From the NCBI GenBank assembly GCA_021325135.1, contig JAJPHT010000012.1, forward strand, positions 1 to 62,286: a DNA stretch of 62,286 bases, in the 5' to 3' direction. The position numbers and the translations under genes were made by a program. Shown here one piece after another: positions 57,487 through 62,286 of the stretch. The notes under the pieces were generated by a model. It was not told where the DNA came from, ran no database searches, and worked only from the letters and a program-made list of their open reading frames with translations. Numbering within the stretch: position 1 is the stretch's first letter; each line of letters starts with the position of its first letter. Origin of the DNA: Pseudomonadota bacterium (GTDB lineage Archaea > Thermoplasmatota > SW-10-69-26 > JACQPN01 > JAJPHT01).

Positions 57487-58386
57487 ATGGGCGATCGCCG
57501 ATTCGCCGCGCCCTACCGCGCGATCCGCGACGCGCCCGACCCCTTGGCGGCCACCGCGCGCCTCAGCGACGACGAGGTGGTCCAAGCCCTCGCCCACGCG
57601 AGCCGCGAGCGAGATCCCTACGCCGCCAACGTGCTGGCCAGCGAGGCGATGAACCGCATGCGCCGCGCGCGGCTGGTCAACGAGCACATCGGGGAGGGCG
57701 TCTGCGTGCTCACCGCGGAGGGCGTCATCCAGAGCATGAACCCGGCCGCGAGGCGCCTCCTGGCCTGGCGCGCCGAGGACGTCGCGCGCGGCATCCCCCA
57801 CGAGAGGCTGCACGTCAACGGCCCCTGCTGCGTGTGCCGCTCCATGGCCGCGATGGAGCCCTGCGAGTCCGACGAGGAGGCCTTCGCCACGCGCCTGGGC
57901 CTCGCGACGCCCGTGTCCTGCGTCGTGGCGCCGGTCCTGGTGGAGGGCCTCTGCGAGGGGTTCGTGCTGGCGTTCCGCGACATGCGCGAGCGCCGCGCCG
58001 CCGAGGCGGACCACGCAGGCTGGACCGCGCTCATGGAGGCGTTCTACCACCTGCACGACACGCTGGGCATCGGCCTCGTCATCACCGAGGGGCCGCGCCT
58101 GCACTACGCCAACGACGCGTTTCGCGCCATGGTGGGCCGCTCGCTGGAGGAATTGAGGGGAACGCGTGATCTCCTGACCCTCGTCCCGCCCGGGGAGCGC
58201 GACAGGCTGGAGCGCGCGATGGGCGTGCCCATGCCCCAGCGCCCGGTGCGCGCGACGCTCCTCGCGCGCGAGGGCGCGCGCGTGCCCGTGGACCTCTACG
58301 TGGCCATCGCCAAGGGGTCGACGCCGCAGGGCGAGCCGCGGTTCGTGTGCCTCGTGCAGCGGCGCGACGTCACGCCACGAGCTTGA
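57487..58386 (+). CDS. PAS domain protein
   Basis: Two PAS-like segments (MNPAARRLL; YANDAF). Confidence 0.75.
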   Translation: MGDRRFAAPYRAIRDAPDPLAATARLSDDEVVQALAHASRERDPYAANVLASEAMNRMRRARLVNEHIGEGVCVLTAEGVIQSMNPAARRLLAWRAEDVARGIPHERLHVNGPCCVCRSMAAMEPCESDEEAFATRLGLATPVSCVVAPVLVEGLCEGFVLAFRDMRERRAAEADHAGWTALMEAFYHLHDTLGIGLVITEGPRLHYANDAFRAMVGRSLEELRGTRDLLTLVPPGERDRLERAMGVPMPQRPVRATLLAREGARVPVDLYVAIAKGSTPQGEPRFVCLVQRRDVTPRA

Positions 58387-58780
58387 GGTTCCGCAGGAGC
58401 CCCAGGAGCGAGCCCACGAGGCCGAGGATGCCCGCGATGGTGCCCGCGAGGCCGGCGAAAAAGATGAGCACGATGCTGAACGCGAGCCCGAGGATCGCGC
58501 CTTCGGTGGGCTTCGTGCGCATGTTGGCGAAGGCCAGGAGGAGGAAGACGCCGAAGACGAGGGCGACGGCGTAGCCGAAGACGGCGGACGCGTTGCTGGC
58601 GACGGCGAAGCCGGGCAGGCCGATGTTGTCGCCCGCCAGCTGGAGGAGCACCGTGAGCGTGCCGAAGCCCAGCGCGCAGATGGCGGCCAGGAGGACGAGG
58701 AGCCGGTCCGTGCCGATGCGCTCCAGGGCGTTGCCCCAGGTCTGCGCGGGCTCTTCCGTGGGCTCTCCGGCGAGGGTCAT
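58370..58780 (-). CDS. Four-TM membrane protein
   Basis: Hydrophobic helices; host codon usage. Confidence 0.75.
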   Translation of the reverse strand: MTLAGEPTEEPAQTWGNALERIGTDRLLVLLAAICALGFGTLTVLLQLAGDNIGLPGFAVASNASAVFGYAVALVFGVFLLLAFANMRTKPTEGAILGLAFSIVLIFFAGLAGTIAGILGLVGSLLGLLRNLKLVA

Positions 58781-59099
58781 GGCCAGGCAGACGGGCGGGC
58801 GGGTTTGAGCCCTTCGAGACGTTCATCGAACCGTGGGCCGGAACCGGCCTGGGCTCCGCCGACGAGGGTGGGGCCATGCGCTCGCAGCCCGCAGCCTGGG
58901 CCGCCTCCCTCCTGGCGGGCCTCCTGGGGTGGATCGCGGGCCCCAGCCTGGCCGCGCTCCTGCCCGCGGCGTCGCGGGCGCCGCCCCTGGCCTTCGCCCT
59001 CTCCCGGGGGCTCGCCTGGGGCCTGGCCGGCGCGACGCGGGCCCTCCTGGCCCCGGGCCACCCCAATCTTCAAGCGGCGGACGCCCCTGAGCGAAATCC

Positions 59100-59417
59100 A
59101 TGCCCACCCGCGACGAGGTCCTGGCCGCCCTGAAGGAGGTCTACGACCCCGAGATCCCGGTGAACATCGTGGACCTGGGCCTCGTCTACCGCGTCGACTT
59201 CCCGACGCCGGAGACCGTGGACATCGACATGACGCTCACCGGGATGGGCTGCCCCGTGGGCCCCGCCATGGTGGAGATGGTCCGGCAGACCGCCCTCATG
59301 GTGCCCGGCCTCACCGACGCCAGGGTCAACCTTGTCTGGCGCCCCGCGTGGGACCCCAAGAAGGCGACCGAGGACGGCAAGGTCATGCTCTCCGCCATGG
59401 GCGTGCGCGTGGACTGA
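59100..59417 (+). CDS. DUF59/SufT Fe-S cluster assembly protein
   Basis: DPEIPVNIVDLGLVY..TLT..GCP. Confidence 0.93.
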   Translation: MPTRDEVLAALKEVYDPEIPVNIVDLGLVYRVDFPTPETVDIDMTLTGMGCPVGPAMVEMVRQTALMVPGLTDARVNLVWRPAWDPKKATEDGKVMLSAMGVRVD

Positions 59418-59423
59418 GCCTTG

Positions 59424-60482
59424 TCAAGTCGCGGTGGCGGCCTCGCGCTGGGATAACCCTCCGTATCCATCCAGCCAGGAGAATTCCGAGGTCGGGATCA
59501 GCGCCCAATGCATGGTCACGTTGGCCGCAACGCCGTCGGTCAGGCGCAGCTTGGCGGCCCAGGGGCGGCCTTCGTTCGTGAGCACGACCCCGAGCGTCAC
59601 GCCGCTGATGGGCAGGCCGAAATCCGTCTCGTGGGCTTCCCAATGGACGGAATCCGTCACGTTGTACGCCAGCGAGCCGCCGGGGAACGCCGGCAGGTCC
59701 ACCCGCCAACTCACCCTCTCGTGGCAGCGGGTCTCGCCCGGATCGAACTCGTCCGACGCCGTCGGGGTCGCCACGGTCAGCAACACCTTGGCCGACCTTT
59801 CCGCCATACGGGGCGGCGCAGGGTCGTCGAAGAGCTGGCCCGTGCGCGCGTCGACGAACGCCCACACCCGGTGCGAAGGATCGGCCCCTGAGATGCCAAT
59901 CCGCCAGAAGGGCCCCGGGTGGCTCTCCCAGAAGGGGCGCCAGCAGGCCCAGTCGCGGCCGTCCATGAGGACGAACGCCATGGAGGCCCCGGGGCCGTCG
60001 AGGATCCTCGCCAGGGTGGCGTTCGCGCGCACCGCGGCGGCCGCCTGGGACGAGTCCAGCGAGAAGTCCCCGACAGGGGGCGGTTGCGAAAAGGGCCAAT
60101 CGAACCACGTCTGATGCTCCGTGGCGTTGTAGGCCGTGCTCAGGATGCGCAGCTCGTAAGGCATCGCGTAGACCGTGACGAATTGGTCCGGCTTGTCGAG
60201 CGACGTGAAGGCGTATGTCCAGCTCCAGTCGCGCCCTTCGCTTCCCGCGATGCCGATGAGCTTGGCGCCGCGGCTCCACTTCCTCGCCTCCTTGTAGGCG
60301 GCCTCCAGGCTGGACTTCGCCGTGTCGTGGCGTGCCGGCGGGCCCGTCACGTCAAGGCACCCTGGTGCTATCAAAAGCAGCGCCAGCAGGGCTGGCAGCC
60401 ATGGCTTCCGTCGCTCTCCCTCGCGGTGGGGCGACGGGGGTCGGGTCCTGAGCCTCACGGGGGCCGCAGCGGCCCCCCGCAT
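59424..60482 (-). CDS. Putative lipoprotein
   Basis: LLIAPGC lipobox; FVDARTGQ PepSY-like strand; start uncertain. Confidence 0.65.
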   Translation of the reverse strand: MRGAAAAPVRLRTRPPSPHREGERRKPWLPALLALLLIAPGCLDVTGPPARHDTAKSSLEAAYKEARKWSRGAKLIGIAGSEGRDWSWTYAFTSLDKPDQFVTVYAMPYELRILSTAYNATEHQTWFDWPFSQPPPVGDFSLDSSQAAAAVRANATLARILDGPGASMAFVLMDGRDWACWRPFWESHPGPFWRIGISGADPSHRVWAFVDARTGQLFDDPAPPRMAERSAKVLLTVATPTASDEFDPGETRCHERVSWRVDLPAFPGGSLAYNVTDSVHWEAHETDFGLPISGVTLGVVLTNEGRPWAAKLRLTDGVAANVTMHWALIPTSEFSWLDGYGGLSQREAATAT

Positions 60483-60665
60483 AATAGAGTTGTAACTCGC
60501 GCCCTCGGCCGCAAGGAGATTTCCACCTTGGGCGCGGGTCGAGCGGGGAGCCGCAGGCGCGGCTCCCAAGCGGTCGCCCGTCCGGGATCGACGACGCGGG
60601 ACGGTCCGCCTCCGCGCCCCTCCGAGGGGTGAAGGCTTAAGACGCGCACCCCCGTCCCGCCTCAC

Positions 60666-62009
60666 GTGAACCACTTCCTGACGGGCGCTTCCGACGAGGA
60701 GGCCATGCTTCGCGCGCTCGACGTGAAGAGCGTCGACGACCTGTTCGCGGACGTCCCCCAGCAGGTGCGCACGAAGCTCAAGCTGCCCGCGGGCCGCAGC
60801 GAGCAGGAGGTCTTCCGCGAGATGAAGGCCATGCTCGCGCGCAACGCGGACTTCGACAAGAGGCCCCACTTCCTGGGCGCGGGGAGCTATCAGCACTACG
60901 TCCCCCAGGCCGTGCTGCCCCTCATCCTGCGCGGCGAGTTCTACACCTCGTACACGCCCTACCAGCCCGAGATCCTCCAGGGCTACCTCCAGGCGATGTT
61001 CGAGTACCAGACCTACGCCACGCGCCTGCTGGAATTGGAGGTCAGCAACGTCTCCATGTACGACGGGCCCACCGCGCTGGCGGAGGCGGCCATGATGGCC
61101 GTGCGCGCGAACCGCGGGAAGAAGGTGCTCCTGCCGCGCAACCTCTCGTGGGAGAAGAAGAGCATCGTGAAGAACTACCTCGCGGGCCTTGCGGTCCAGA
61201 TCGAGGAGTTCGGCTTCGACGCCACGAGCGGCGAGATGGACCTCGCGGACCTGGAGCGCCGCGTGACGCCCGACACCGCGGCCGTCGTGCTCCAGAACCC
61301 CAACTTCTTCGGCGTCTGGGAGAGCAGGGCCGCCGACGTGCGCGTCCTGCTGGACCGCAAGGTGCCCAAGGCGTTCTACGTCGTGGACGTGGGCGACCCC
61401 TTCAGCCTCGGCCTCGCGCGCGGGCCCGGCGCCTACGGCGCGGACGTCGCGGTGGGCGAGGGGGGCGCCATCGGCAACCACCCCAGCTTCGGCGGGCCCG
61501 CGCTGGGCATGTTCGCCACGCGCTGGGAGCACGTGCGCAAGATGCCCGGCCGCATCGTGGGCGAGACGGTGGACAGCCACGGCCAGCGCGCGTATTGCCT
61601 CACCTTCAGCACGCGCGAGCAGCACATCCGCCGCGACAAGGCCACGTCCAACATCTGCTCCAACGAGGCGCTGAACGCGCTGGCGTTCAGCGTCCACCTG
61701 GCGCTCCTGGGCGAGCGCGGCTTCCGCGAGGCGGCGGAGACGTGCGCCGCCCGCGCAGCCGAGGCGCGCCAGGTCCTCTCCCGCGCGGCGGGTGTCACGC
61801 CCGCCTTCCGCGGCGCGCACTTCCACGAGTTCGTCCTCCGGCACGAGCGCCCCGTTGCCGAGCTGGAGGCGAAGCTGCAGAAGGCCGGCCTGCGCGGCGG
61901 GCTCGACCTCACCGCCCAGCTCCCCGAGCTTGGGCACGCGAGCCTCTGGTGCGCGACGGAGATGCACACGCCTGACGTCCTCGCCCGCCTCAAGGAGGCG
62001 ATCGCGTGA
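60666..62009 (+). CDS. gcvPA: Glycine dehydrogenase (decarboxylating) subunit 1
   Basis: [36 protein letters not shown]. Confidence 0.97.
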   Translation: MNHFLTGASDEEAMLRALDVKSVDDLFADVPQQVRTKLKLPAGRSEQEVFREMKAMLARNADFDKRPHFLGAGSYQHYVPQAVLPLILRGEFYTSYTPYQPEILQGYLQAMFEYQTYATRLLELEVSNVSMYDGPTALAEAAMMAVRANRGKKVLLPRNLSWEKKSIVKNYLAGLAVQIEEFGFDATSGEMDLADLERRVTPDTAAVVLQNPNFFGVWESRAADVRVLLDRKVPKAFYVVDVGDPFSLGLARGPGAYGADVAVGEGGAIGNHPSFGGPALGMFATRWEHVRKMPGRIVGETVDSHGQRAYCLTFSTREQHIRRDKATSNICSNEALNALAFSVHLALLGERGFREAAETCAARAAEARQVLSRAAGVTPAFRGAHFHEFVLRHERPVAELEAKLQKAGLRGGLDLTAQLPELGHASLWCATEMHTPDVLARLKEAIA

Positions 62010-62286
62010 GCCCGCGGCAGCACAAGGACGGCAGCCTGCCGCAGTTCCGCCAGGCGAAGTGGCACACGCCCACGCTCTTCGAGATGGACCGGGGCGAGGT
62101 GGGCGACCACTACAGCGCGGGCGCCAAGGGCGGCGACCGCGTGCCCGCCGCGCTCGCGCGCGACCGCGTGGGTCTCCCCACCCTCGCGCAGGTGGACGTG
62201 GTGCGCCACTACACGCGCCTCTCGCAGAAGAACATCGGCGTGGACACGAGCTTCTACCCCCTGGGCTCGTGCACCATGAAGCTCAA
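62006..62286 (+). CDS. gcvPB: Glycine dehydrogenase subunit 2, 5' part (runs off window)
   Basis: GTGA coupling; [22 protein letters not shown]. Confidence 0.92.
   Translation, partial: MSPRQHKDGSLPQFRQAKWHTPTLFEMDRGEVGDHYSAGAKGGDRVPAALARDRVGLPTLAQVDVVRHYTRLSQKNIGVDTSFYPLGSCTMKL

Noticed and set aside
58876-59133. Small hydrophobic ORF
   Set aside because: It overlaps the DUF59 gene start and has no recognisable motif; insufficient support

Overview
High-GC archaeal genomic window (archaeal SRP54, archaeal type IV pilins, a Bat-like HTH_10 remnant and KaiC/V4R signalling genes; Thermoplasmatota-like lineage is my inference). About 1-15963 is the right part of an integrated mobile element. 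It has a tyrosine recombinase (13882-15051) with a coupled RHH/coiled-coil/wHTH partner, and a right junction that appears to lie inside a Bat-like HTH_10 gene. Its cargo is secreted proteases and small Cys-rich proteins. It also contains a ~4 kb, mostly gene-poor, highly structured region (8.67-12.56 kb). That region holds four same-orientation bipartite units. Each unit is a stem-loop with a conserved TC(T/C)TGACT loop resembling pC194/pGT5 rolling-circle nick sites, followed ~26-33 nt later by a long imperfect hairpin. Two of the long hairpins show 7 compensatory base-pair changes. This array is the best candidate for an undescribed system. The rest is host chromosome: a two-component pair, a type IV pilus locus with a giant pilin fused to tail-fibre-like repeats, a KaiC/GTPase/roadblock/V4R/PAS signalling cluster, housekeeping genes (maf, dus, tRNA-Ser, plsC-like, srp54, DUF59, gcvPA/PB) and REP-like palindromes. 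All family assignments come from motif recognition, not database searches.
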